Virus record (IMG/VR): IMGVR_UViG_3300036402_000045
Coordinates: 25,783 to 89,782 of that record
From: a virus
Length of the DNA: 64,000 nt
Strand: one strand, 5' to 3'
Under the pieces are notes generated by a model. The model did no database searches and was not told where the DNA came from. It saw only the letters and a list, made by a program, of their open reading frames with translations. This document shows, piece by piece, positions 55,118 to 64,000 of this stretch; position 1 is the stretch's first letter, and every line of letters starts with the position of its first letter. The position numbers were made by a program, and so were the translations under genes.

Positions 55118-56635
55118 TCAGACTTCTGCGAAGTCTTGCTCATCTTCATCCTCCGATGAGAGTAGTCGAGTATGTGCTTTGCCCTCCGAAACCGGTGCGG
55201 TACCGGAATCGGAATTGCTTTGGGTGTCGTCCTGCTTTCCGCTCGCACCCTTCGGCGGTGACGGAGGACGGTCGAACGCTTCCTTCGGCTCGTTCTCTCC
55301 GTGACGGTTCGCAACCTGGATCTGATCGATGATGCCCAGATACCAAAGCATGTGGCTGTTGGCGATCTCCGCAGCCTCCGCTTGCGCTTCACCGAGACGG
55401 TTCAGCGTGCGGTTCTCCTGGAAGTTCAGAGAGATGGAGTTCGGCTGCTCGATGCCCGGAGCCATCGTGACCATGAGCCAGTAACCCGACTCGATCATGC
55501 GCTTGGCTGCGCGCTGGTACTTCCGGGTGTTGCGAAGGATGATCTCGTAAGCAACCCCGGCATAAGTTTCCGTTGTTGAGTACGAACGACCCTGGACCGA
55601 AGGCATCGACTTCAGACCCGAGAAGACCATCTCTTCGTTGGCCTTGTGAATGTTCGTGGCACCAGCGGCATTGCCACCGATGTTCCACGTCGTTGTCGTC
55701 ACGTCATCGAAGTGAACCATGCCGCCGTCGCGCACCATCTCTTCCGCGACGGTGACGTACTGATCCAGATACTCACCAGCACGAATCGCAAAGTCATCGT
55801 CAGACTCCCCCGGCTGCGGGGAAAGCCGCTCGATGGTGAGATCGATGACAGCGAGCAGACCGATCTTCTTCACGATCTGCGCCATGTTGTGAACCATGTC
55901 CCGCTGAATCGCAATGTTTGACAACGCTGCGAGGAACGGCGGGGTTCCGTACGGAGAACCCGGAGCGGCATCGAAAGCGAAGTAACGGAAGGTCAACTCG
56001 TTGAGCTTGACGCAGTTGTTGATGAGCGTCTTGCCCTCGTCGCGAGCCTTCTGAAGCTGCGTTCCGAAAAGCATCTGGTACGGGAGGTAGCGGCCCTCGT
56101 CGTCATCCCAGAAGAATCGGATCACCTTCGGGTTGATGTCGATGAAGTCGATGACATCGGTGAGTTCGTCGTTCAAGACCCACTCGCCGCACATCGCTCC
56201 GTACGTTGCGGCTTGATCCAGAAGCTTGTCGATCACACCGTCGATGCCGCCATGAGCTTCCTGGATCGTCCGAGCCTTGTTCTCCAGAAGCTCCTTGACA
56301 CGCCTCTGTCGAAGTTCGGAATTCGCAACGATGAAAAGCTCATGCCCGCTGTTTGCGAGCATCTTGATGTTCTCGACGGCCTGGGAGTAGTCCGGGTTGT
56401 ACGTCGCCAGAAGCTCGACGTAATCCAGCGTCTCCCACGGAAGCCCGTAAGACAGCCCCTTGTAGCTCTGGAAGAGCTTCTTGACCTGATTGGTGGCTGT
56501 TGGCTCACCAACCTCTGCCGAAGTCACACGGCTCGTCTTGAGGCTCTTCCCAGCCGCACGCAGGGCGCGGATTCGCTGCTCGTCTTCCGAAAGATCGGAA
56601 GCGAGACGCTTCAGCTTGCTGGGACTGGCTGCCAC
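55118..56635 (-). CDS. portal protein
   Basis: 505 aa upstream of the protease; SPYGTPP, STTETYAGV. Confidence 0.75.
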   Translation of the reverse strand: MAASPSKLKRLASDLSEDEQRIRALRAAGKSLKTSRVTSAEVGEPTATNQVKKLFQSYKGLSYGLPWETLDYVELLATYNPDYSQAVENIKMLANSGHELFIVANSELRQRRVKELLENKARTIQEAHGGIDGVIDKLLDQAATYGAMCGEWVLNDELTDVIDFIDINPKVIRFFWDDDEGRYLPYQMLFGTQLQKARDEGKTLINNCVKLNELTFRYFAFDAAPGSPYGTPPFLAALSNIAIQRDMVHNMAQIVKKIGLLAVIDLTIERLSPQPGESDDDFAIRAGEYLDQYVTVAEEMVRDGGMVHFDDVTTTTWNIGGNAAGATNIHKANEEMVFSGLKSMPSVQGRSYSTTETYAGVAYEIILRNTRKYQRAAKRMIESGYWLMVTMAPGIEQPNSISLNFQENRTLNRLGEAQAEAAEIANSHMLWYLGIIDQIQVANRHGENEPKEAFDRPPSPPKGASGKQDDTQSNSDSGTAPVSEGKAHTRLLSSEDEDEQDFAEV

Positions 56636-56638
56636 GGC

Positions 56639-57433
56639 CTACTCGTCGTCTTCGGACTTGACGGCAGAGAGCTTGGCGGAACCTCGCTTGCCGGTCGCAC
56701 GACGGGACTCACGGTTTTCGGATTCCCCCACCGGAGCATCCGTGGTGCCCTTGGTCGGAAGGTTCCCGCCCGCCGCCTTCAACTCCGTGCGGTAGCGAAG
56801 AACGAGTTCCTTGAGGGTCTTCATCGCCTCTTCGGATTCCTTCGCCTGCTGCTCCATCTGCGCCTTCTCCTGCTCGTTGAGAGCAAGAACGCCGGTGAGG
56901 GCGATGGCCTTCAGCGCACGACGACGACGCTGGCGATGGCTGATGAATTCCTCTTCGAGACGACGGAGGTAACCACCCTGCGTCTGGCCCTGCTGGTCGG
57001 TCTGCCCAACGAGAAACACCTTGCGAGCGTTCTTCAGATCGTTCGGAGTGATCGTGACCCCGGCGTCGGCAAGACGCTTCTTCTTGCGGCTGAAGCTCTT
57101 CTGCTGTGCCGCAGCGCGTTCACGAAGGGAAGCAGCCGAATTCCGATACCGCTCCTGCTCCGCACGCTTGTCAGCGAAAGGATCTTCGGGATCGTCATCG
57201 TCGTCGGTCGCCTTGGGCGGCGGCGGGATGGTTCCGAGCGCCGTTGCGCGAGCCTCGTCGTTGGCCGCTGCAACCTCGCTGACCCAAGCCTGCTGTGCGA
57301 CTTCGACCGCTTCGTTGACCAACGCCTGCTTCCGTGCTTCGGAAATCGAACCATCGGAAACGTCGTCCTCGTAGTTCGAGGGGTCAACGAACCGAAAGTC
57401 CAGATCCTCGATGGGATCAGTGTTCGTGGGCAT
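56639..57433 (-). CDS. hypothetical charged helical protein
   Basis: 264 aa; RBS AAAGGA. Confidence 0.7.
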   Translation of the reverse strand: MPTNTDPIEDLDFRFVDPSNYEDDVSDGSISEARKQALVNEAVEVAQQAWVSEVAAANDEARATALGTIPPPPKATDDDDDPEDPFADKRAEQERYRNSAASLRERAAAQQKSFSRKKKRLADAGVTITPNDLKNARKVFLVGQTDQQGQTQGGYLRRLEEEFISHRQRRRRALKAIALTGVLALNEQEKAQMEQQAKESEEAMKTLKELVLRYRTELKAAGGNLPTKGTTDAPVGESENRESRRATGKRGSAKLSAVKSEDDE

Positions 57434-57500
57434 CTATGTCCTTTCGATACGTAACTATGGGAGAGAGAATAGCCATGTTCGGATTTCGAACGTCGAACCG

Positions 57501-60500
57501 CTAGGCAGGAGCAAGAACCGAAACGGTCCCGGCGCTGCCTCGCCACTTCAGGGCACCGCCTTCGGAATACAGCAGACCACCGGCGACATTGGTAGTGGGA
57601 ACGGTTGTCGCATCTGCAATCTTCACGACCCCCACACCACCACCAAATCCAGAAGTGTCCACGAACAGACTCAAGTTGCCGTCTGCGTGGGTTCGCATCA
57701 CAGTTCGCGTTGGCACAAGTGCATCCACGAAACGATTCGGTCCAATGTCAGTGAACTGAGCGGCACCGCTCGCTGTGATGCGGGCCACAACAGTTGCCGC
57801 CGAATTCTGAATCTGAAGCAAGTCACCGGTTTGACCAGCGAACCCCCGAGCGACAAAGGCAACTTCGGATGCCGACTTTGAGCCGGTGATAAGTGCCCCC
57901 GGTGCTCCGCTGCCCGCCAGCCCCCCGACACGGACTTGACCCCAAGCGTCGAGCACACCGCTCGCAGTGGGAACGGTGACATTACCGGACCCGTCGATGC
58001 GGAACATCGACGTGGCTCCATTTCGGAAGTTCCAACCCGATCCGGCGTTGCCGCCTCGGTGGTCAAAGAAGAACTGATGCGCCCCGGCATCAGTGGTGTA
58101 GACAGCCATCTCGCTTCCCGTACCGGGGAATGCGAGTTCACCGCCGAGGTATGTCGGACCTCCGTACGAGGCGAATCCTCCAGAAGCGGTGACCTTTGCA
58201 AGAACTGTCCCTGCCGAGTTCTGCCATTGAGTCAAGTCACCCGTCTGCGAGACAGCACCCTTGACAATCAATCCAATCGAAGCGGCATTACGGGCATTGA
58301 TTTGAGTAGTCGCACCAAGTTCCAACAACCGTGCTCCACCAGCGCCCGCAGTGTCAGCACCGTAGAAGCCCATCGAATAGTTGACGGGATCGTTCTGAGT
58401 GATCTTGTTCTGGCCGTTATTGAAGACAACCGAATGCGTGCCGGTCAAGGTGAGTAGGGCACCGTTGGTTCCGGTCAGACCTGACCTGCCACCACGAATG
58501 TCAGCGGCGTAAAGAACATCTGCCTCGGGGTATCCGTCCGCAGCGACACGGAAGAAGGAAGCACCACCCGAGTTCTCAGCCCGCAGAGTCGGAGCGACCT
58601 GACCAGCCATGGCCTTGAAGTGCAGAGTGGCAACCGGAGGTTCGGAAACACTGACACCAGTGAAACCATTTCCGAACACGCGACCTGTTGAATCGACCTT
58701 GGCAAGAACCGTTCCCGCCGAGTTCTGCCACTCTTGAAGGTTTCCGGTTTGAGAAACAGCGCCCTTCGCTACCAAAGCAGCCAGTGAAGCCGAAGCTGGC
58801 GTAACAGTGGTGGGTCCAGCAGAAGCGATGAACAACCGATCTGTGGTGCCGGTCAAGTCACGAACCTTCCAGTCCGTGCCGAACACTCCAATCTGCCAAT
58901 ACCGCACGCCGCTCTGCTGTTCGATGTAAGTGTCGGTGCTGCCGTTGTTTCTGAAATACTGACCATTAGCAACGAACGTCGTACCGGCGGTTACCGAAAC
59001 ATTCGTCCCTACGGTGAGCTTGACGGCACCGCCCAGAAGAAACTCCAAGGACGCTCCGCCGTTCTGGTACATGCCGTATTGACCGGTCGTTGCTCCGAAT
59101 CCGTAGCCGGTGTAGTAGGGGACCAAGTTCTCGCCGTTGGCACGAACCCTAGAAAGAACCGCTCCTGCGGAGTCTTGCCATTGCGTGAGATCGGCGGTCT
59201 GTGCGGCGGCAGCCTTAGCCAGCAGCGGAACATCGGTGGCGGCGACGGCGCGCGCCTGGACGGCACCGTTGAAAATCGTGGTCGGACTCGTACCGGGAGT
59301 GAACTGAGCGGCCATGACCGCATTCACCGTGTCACGAATGAAGTAACTGCCGCCCGTCGAGTAGGTGAGCCACTTGTTGTCGTAGGTCGTGCCAACACCA
59401 GCAGGGAGAGTAAGACCGTTCAAAGACCAGATTGTTCCGTTGTTGTCAACCGTAGCGTTCAAGACTCCGGCGTCTGAGTAGAACGAAGTGGTACTCGTAC
59501 CCACTTGGAACTTCGGAGTGATCGAAGCGCCAGCAGTACCGGAAACAACAGCGAAGATGTTGACAAAGTTGCCTTGCGCCCGAATACCGGCAACCGTTCC
59601 GGTGGAATCACGACTCGTTGTCGCGCCCGCACCGCGAATGTTGTATCCAAGCCACGGATGGCCGTTGGCAAGGTCGCCACCAACCGTCGAAAACGTGCGC
59701 CCGTGGAAACGAACTTCGCCACCAGCAGCAGGAACGTAGAGAAGCGGATTGTCTGCCGAGTCCTTGATCTGAAGAGCATCAGCAGTAGCAGAGGCGGCGA
59801 GCTTGACCAACAGACCTGGCGTGGACGGGCTGGACACGATCGAACTGAGTTGAGCATTCTGATTCGTCGCTGTACCGGCGTGAACACGCGAGTCGAAGTA
59901 CGAAACCGCTGCATTGGCGTCAGCACCGGGCTGGAGCGTTTCGTGCATCCGAGAGTTGACCGCATCTCGGAAATACATCGTTGAGCCGCCAGCGGTGTAG
60001 AAGAGCCACTTCAGCGCTCCCGCAGGTTCGAAGTAGATGCCGGGGTTGCTTCCCGCCATACGAACCTGACCCTCAGACGGCCAAGCCGCAGCCAATCCAA
60101 GAGCGATACCGCCGAGATGACTGATCCGCATAAGCGGATTGCTCGAAGCCTCATCCTCGATGATGAAGGGAGCGCCGTTGGCCGTTGCTCCTGCCGGGTT
60201 CTTGACGCGTACACCATTGGCGTTGACAGCAGGGTAATGAGAAGTGCTGCCTGCGTTGTCGATTCGCACTCGCTCGACAATTCCTGTAGTGGCGCTGAGG
60301 GTTGTGTAGAACGAGATACGACCGGGAGCCGAACCAGCAGCAAAGGGAGCATCGCTCGTCAGGTCGATGGCAGCGGCGGTGCGATAGCTGCCTCCGTCAA
60401 AGCCCCATGCGAGCAGGCGACCCATAACTCGGTTGGCAGCGTCGAGAGCCGTCGTGCCCGCCATAGCCCTTCGGAAATCGATCCCCGCCGAGGCCGTGGA

Positions 60501-63500
60501 ACTCTGGCGATCGAGATACGCCATCGTCGCGGAGCCATCGTCGCGGACGTGGATGATCGAACCCTGTCCCTGCGCGTCGCCCAAGGTTCCAACGCCAAGA
60601 CCCTGATGGAAACGGGGATAGCCAGCGCCGGTGACGCGAGCCAAGACCGTCGAAGCGGAGTCTTGCCACTGCGTCAGGTCACCGGTCTGTGAAGCAACAC
60701 CACGAAAAGCAGCAACGGCGACGCTAGCCGTATAGGTCGTGAACTGAACTCCAGGACCGCCACCACCAGTGGGAATGAACTGAAGCGGCGTACCGGTCCA
60801 TTCGATTATGTTGGTGGCCTTGATTCCGAACTGAGCACCGCCCACCGTTGAACCACGGAAGAGGTAGTGCGAACCGTTGTTGGTCCTAGCTTCGAACAGG
60901 GCGCTACCCAGTAGTCCTCCGACACCGGCAGGAGACATCACTGAGTTCCAACCAGTAGGGCCGACCGCCGAGTAGACGGCTCCGGTGGAGTCCTGCCACT
61001 CACTCAAGTTCGCTGTCTGCGAGACGTGCGCTCTGAGAGCGATCGGAATCGCTCCGGGTGAATGGTTTGAAGCATCAATGAGAACCTGAAGCGGAACACC
61101 AGACTTCAGAATCATCGTGCTTGAGGGCGATGCCAGAACTGCTCCGGAAGCACCGTTCTTCAAAACCTGGAAGATAGGAGTTTCCGAACCAGGAGCAGAG
61201 CGGAGCGTGAATCCCGTGGTAGACGCGTCGTACGAAGTCACACCACCCGCTTCATTGATCTTCGTAAGCACGGTGGAAGCGCTGTTGCGTACCTCAAGCG
61301 CATTACCGGTGTGTCCAGCGCTCAGACCGATGACTTGCATGATGGTGCCCGCTGCGGACTGGGCAAGCGGGTTGATGACCAAACCACCCTCGGAGCCAAT
61401 GTCGAGGCGGCGTCCCCACACAGCACCAGACGTGAAAACCGAAAACATTCCGCGACCGTTGGTGATCGAGACGTTTTCCTTGCCGCCCGTGATTGACGCG
61501 TACGCCGCAGGAGCAAGGTTTTCTCCAGAAGACAATGCCTCGAACTGGATGACAGGACCGACACCCGCTCCCCAAGGCTTGAAGGAGCGCAGCGTCACAT
61601 CGCCGCCGTTGCCCGCCGTCCCGTTGGAGATCGCAGGAGCATTCGGATTCAGCAACATGAGAGTTTCGGAAATTCCGTTATGCCAAGACTCGATCGAAGC
61701 TGCCTGAATGTCACCGGCAACCGAACCGGCAGACGCAACTGACGCGACATCAGCAGCGGTCTTGGCGTAGGAGAAGGTGGTGGCTGTTGTAGCGGTGATC
61801 GAGAAGTTTCCGTTGAAGGTGGCGTCAACGCCCGCCACCGACACGCGGCGCCCAACAGACAATCCATGAGCAGCAGCGGTCGTGATGGTTGCAACGTTTC
61901 CGGTCAGGGCCTTGTTGGTGACGGTGGCTGCTACGCCCCTTCCGTTGACCTTCAGGCCAGTGAATGCGCCGCCGCCAGGAGTGACTAGAACACCCTGACC
62001 CGGATTCAACTGGAGATCGCTGCCCGTGGGAGTGGAGATCCACGTATAGCCGTAGCTTGCGAGGCCGAGGGCCATGCGTCCGTATCCGTCAATGGTGAAA
62101 GCAGAAGCGGCCTTGGTGGTGTCGTAGGCATCTATGAACGCAGCACCTTGTCCCGCGTTGCGAGCGTTCAAAGACGAACCCTGAATGAGTCCAGCAGCCG
62201 TGATCTTGGCGACGATTGCCGCAGCAGAATCCTGCCACTGGGCCAGATCACCGGTCTGTGCAGCAGCGCCGCGGGTGATCTGACCAACAACACTTGCGGC
62301 AGAGATGTTCGCGTGAATCATCGCGGCAGGAGCGACGGTTCCAAGACCCAAGCGGCCTTCGGTGGTGATCCGAGCAAGCTCCATCCCGGCAATGGCCGTG
62401 CCGTACGCCCCGTAGTTGAAACTCACCAGAGCGTTCGAACCCTGGACCGATCGCGTGCCTCGTTGCAGAACAATTCCGATGTCGTCGCCCAACGACGGAT
62501 CGGAAATGATTCCAAGACGACCGTTTGACGATCCACGGAAGTACGTACCTGCCGTGAAACCGCCGTTCGGGGCGCTCATGTCACTGGTAGCCATTCGGAA
62601 CTGAAGTGCTCCACCACCGGGGTAGTAGTCGATGGCCCCTTGTGCCTGAAGCTGGAGAGCGGGCGTCGTACCGGCCGTGGACTGAATCCAAGTCGTATAC
62701 GTTCCGTCAGTCGAACGACTGAAATACATTCCTAGATCCGTGATCTTCGATGTCTGGTTGGCGACCTGGCTCGTTGCGTAGAACGACTGTCCGCTCGCAT
62801 CAACCCACTGGCGCTTTGCAGATGCAGAATCTTGCCACTCCTGAAGGTTTCCGATTTGGGCAGCAGCGCCGCGCACCAACAACCCAACCTTGTCGGCGGC
62901 AGGAAGCACCGCAACCACCGTGGCCGGTCGGTTTCCGCCAGTTGCGCCGCCCGCGAAGATGCTTTCGCCTTGGGGGTTTGCCATGCCAGCAGCAAGCTGA
63001 ACGCTGCCTCCGCTTACGGCGCTGGTAAACCGAGCAACGCCTACGTAATAACCGGTATCGGTGACATCAAGAAGCGGAACACCGGACTGGGCAGGAGTGT
63101 TGATCCTGGCCTTCCAGGTACCGGCGTTGTCATGCCACTCCTGAAGACTGGCGCTGTTTCCAACCGCTCCCCGAACGACCGCGCCGATGTGACCGTTGGT
63201 AGTGCTCGCCAGAACCCCGAGGGCCGCTCCGTAGACGCCGTTGCCTCCGTTGGCGAACAATCCGAACGTCGTGGAGATATAGGGCGAGTAGATGTTTCCG
63301 GTTGAGGAAACCCGAGCAAGAACCGCACCCACAGGGTCTTGCCACTCCTGAAGGTTGGCGGTTTGAGCCGTGAATCCTCTAACAGCGATCCCTCGATAGT
63401 TCGCGGCGGTGGGCACAATCAAAACATTTGGGTCCGCAGCAGGACGAAGGAACACCGACCCGCCAACCGAGAAGGCGTCGTCCGTCTTCAGAGTGTCAGC

Positions 63501-63941
63501 AGCAGACCGATAGAGGTTTACATCAGCACCGAAGTTCATGGTGGCGTCGAACCGCTTCGCTCCCGTGATCGTCTGTGCCGTTGCCAGCGTGACGTAGTTG
63601 TTTGGGAGCAGATTCAGTTCGATCTGCGTTGCGATGTCGATCGGCTTCCACCGAGCGGTTCCGGTATCCCACGCCAGAACGCTGTCTTGAGCAAGTCCCG
63701 CAAGCGCAACGTCCTTCAGACCCGCGATCGTGTGCGGTCGGTCAACGAACTGCGCCTCGACCTGATCCAGAGCCGCCTGCACGTCTCCAGCGGTAACCCA
63801 GACGTTTCCCGTGGCGTCGTAGGCGATGTTCGGAGCCGTGTCGGGCGGATAAACCGCAAACAACGACGACACTTCGATGATGTCGGGCGCGTCCTCGCGA
63901 ACGAAGACACGATCAACGATGTCCATTGAAGTGACGGTCAT
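57501..63941 (-). CDS. giant repeat-containing fibre/structural protein
   Basis: 2146 aa, Gly/Ala/Thr-rich; about 13 copies of a ~30-aa xxKGAxxQTGDLxxWQxSAGxVLAxV motif. Confidence 0.8.
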   Translation of the reverse strand: MTVTSMDIVDRVFVREDAPDIIEVSSLFAVYPPDTAPNIAYDATGNVWVTAGDVQAALDQVEAQFVDRPHTIAGLKDVALAGLAQDSVLAWDTGTARWKPIDIATQIELNLLPNNYVTLATAQTITGAKRFDATMNFGADVNLYRSAADTLKTDDAFSVGGSVFLRPAADPNVLIVPTAANYRGIAVRGFTAQTANLQEWQDPVGAVLARVSSTGNIYSPYISTTFGLFANGGNGVYGAALGVLASTTNGHIGAVVRGAVGNSASLQEWHDNAGTWKARINTPAQSGVPLLDVTDTGYYVGVARFTSAVSGGSVQLAAGMANPQGESIFAGGATGGNRPATVVAVLPAADKVGLLVRGAAAQIGNLQEWQDSASAKRQWVDASGQSFYATSQVANQTSKITDLGMYFSRSTDGTYTTWIQSTAGTTPALQLQAQGAIDYYPGGGALQFRMATSDMSAPNGGFTAGTYFRGSSNGRLGIISDPSLGDDIGIVLQRGTRSVQGSNALVSFNYGAYGTAIAGMELARITTEGRLGLGTVAPAAMIHANISAASVVGQITRGAAAQTGDLAQWQDSAAAIVAKITAAGLIQGSSLNARNAGQGAAFIDAYDTTKAASAFTIDGYGRMALGLASYGYTWISTPTGSDLQLNPGQGVLVTPGGGAFTGLKVNGRGVAATVTNKALTGNVATITTAAAHGLSVGRRVSVAGVDATFNGNFSITATTATTFSYAKTAADVASVASAGSVAGDIQAASIESWHNGISETLMLLNPNAPAISNGTAGNGGDVTLRSFKPWGAGVGPVIQFEALSSGENLAPAAYASITGGKENVSITNGRGMFSVFTSGAVWGRRLDIGSEGGLVINPLAQSAAGTIMQVIGLSAGHTGNALEVRNSASTVLTKINEAGGVTSYDASTTGFTLRSAPGSETPIFQVLKNGASGAVLASPSSTMILKSGVPLQVLIDASNHSPGAIPIALRAHVSQTANLSEWQDSTGAVYSAVGPTGWNSVMSPAGVGGLLGSALFEARTNNGSHYLFRGSTVGGAQFGIKATNIIEWTGTPLQFIPTGGGGPGVQFTTYTASVAVAAFRGVASQTGDLTQWQDSASTVLARVTGAGYPRFHQGLGVGTLGDAQGQGSIIHVRDDGSATMAYLDRQSSTASAGIDFRRAMAGTTALDAANRVMGRLLAWGFDGGSYRTAAAIDLTSDAPFAAGSAPGRISFYTTLSATTGIVERVRIDNAGSTSHYPAVNANGVRVKNPAGATANGAPFIIEDEASSNPLMRISHLGGIALGLAAAWPSEGQVRMAGSNPGIYFEPAGALKWLFYTAGGSTMYFRDAVNSRMHETLQPGADANAAVSYFDSRVHAGTATNQNAQLSSIVSSPSTPGLLVKLAASATADALQIKDSADNPLLYVPAAGGEVRFHGRTFSTVGGDLANGHPWLGYNIRGAGATTSRDSTGTVAGIRAQGNFVNIFAVVSGTAGASITPKFQVGTSTTSFYSDAGVLNATVDNNGTIWSLNGLTLPAGVGTTYDNKWLTYSTGGSYFIRDTVNAVMAAQFTPGTSPTTIFNGAVQARAVAATDVPLLAKAAAAQTADLTQWQDSAGAVLSRVRANGENLVPYYTGYGFGATTGQYGMYQNGGASLEFLLGGAVKLTVGTNVSVTAGTTFVANGQYFRNNGSTDTYIEQQSGVRYWQIGVFGTDWKVRDLTGTTDRLFIASAGPTTVTPASASLAALVAKGAVSQTGNLQEWQNSAGTVLAKVDSTGRVFGNGFTGVSVSEPPVATLHFKAMAGQVAPTLRAENSGGASFFRVAADGYPEADVLYAADIRGGRSGLTGTNGALLTLTGTHSVVFNNGQNKITQNDPVNYSMGFYGADTAGAGGARLLELGATTQINARNAASIGLIVKGAVSQTGDLTQWQNSAGTVLAKVTASGGFASYGGPTYLGGELAFPGTGSEMAVYTTDAGAHQFFFDHRGGNAGSGWNFRNGATSMFRIDGSGNVTVPTASGVLDAWGQVRVGGLAGSGAPGALITGSKSASEVAFVARGFAGQTGDLLQIQNSAATVVARITASGAAQFTDIGPNRFVDALVPTRTVMRTHADGNLSLFVDTSGFGGGVGVVKIADATTVPTTNVAGGLLYSEGGALKWRGSAGTVSVLAPA

Positions 63942-64000
63942 CGAGTGACTTGCTCCTTGATCGTGACGGTGCCCTCAGCCCACGGGATCTTGATGATGTC
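63938..64000 (-). CDS. 3' end of an upstream gene (partial)
   Basis: Open frame ...DIIKIPWAEGTVTIKEQVTR* with ATGA coupling to the giant gene. Confidence 0.55.
   Translation of the reverse strand, partial: DIIKIPWAEGTVTIKEQVTR

Noticed and set aside
57501-63941. Diversity-generating retroelement acting on the fibre repeats
   Set aside because: No reverse transcriptase in the window, and the repeats differ at all base types rather than only at adenines.
1-64000. Prophage boundaries, integrase or host genes
   Set aside because: No integrase, att-like repeat or host housekeeping operon was recognised; lifestyle cannot be decided from this window.

Overview
This 64-kb window is part of a high-GC tailed (siphovirus-type) phage genome. 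WhiB, frequent leaderless starts and the GC content point to an actinobacterial host (inference). There are three blocks. (i) Leftward early/accessory genes at 1-11.6 kb: NADAR, SNF2 helicase, gamma-glutamylcyclotransferase, class II glutamine amidotransferase, amidoligase, KTSC and an HTH initiator-like protein. (ii) Rightward replication, recombination and nucleotide genes at 12-33 kb: DnaB, SLOG, DNA methyltransferase, dCTP deaminase, primase, a short sigma-like protein, LAGLIDADG, SSB, ThyX, DnaE, RecA, resolvases, Cas4-like nuclease and WhiB. (iii) Leftward structural and lysis genes at 33-64 kb: a giant repeat fibre, portal, protease/scaffold, capsid, tail, and an endolysin with an adjacent metacaspase. 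No terminase, integrase, tRNA or CRISPR array was recognised. The most unusual signals lie outside the protein annotation. A palindromic heptamer TTC(C/G)GAA occurs about 120 times (hand count) and is spread across the whole window. An extended form of it sits in the spacer of nine sigma70-type promoters, one of which drives the phage sigma-like gene. A second, apparently -10-only promoter class (CGTATCA-N6-7-start) drives leaderless genes and at least two 120-140 nt structured RNA candidates whose 5' and 3' ends pair. All calls were made by eye from motifs; no database searches or folding programs were run.
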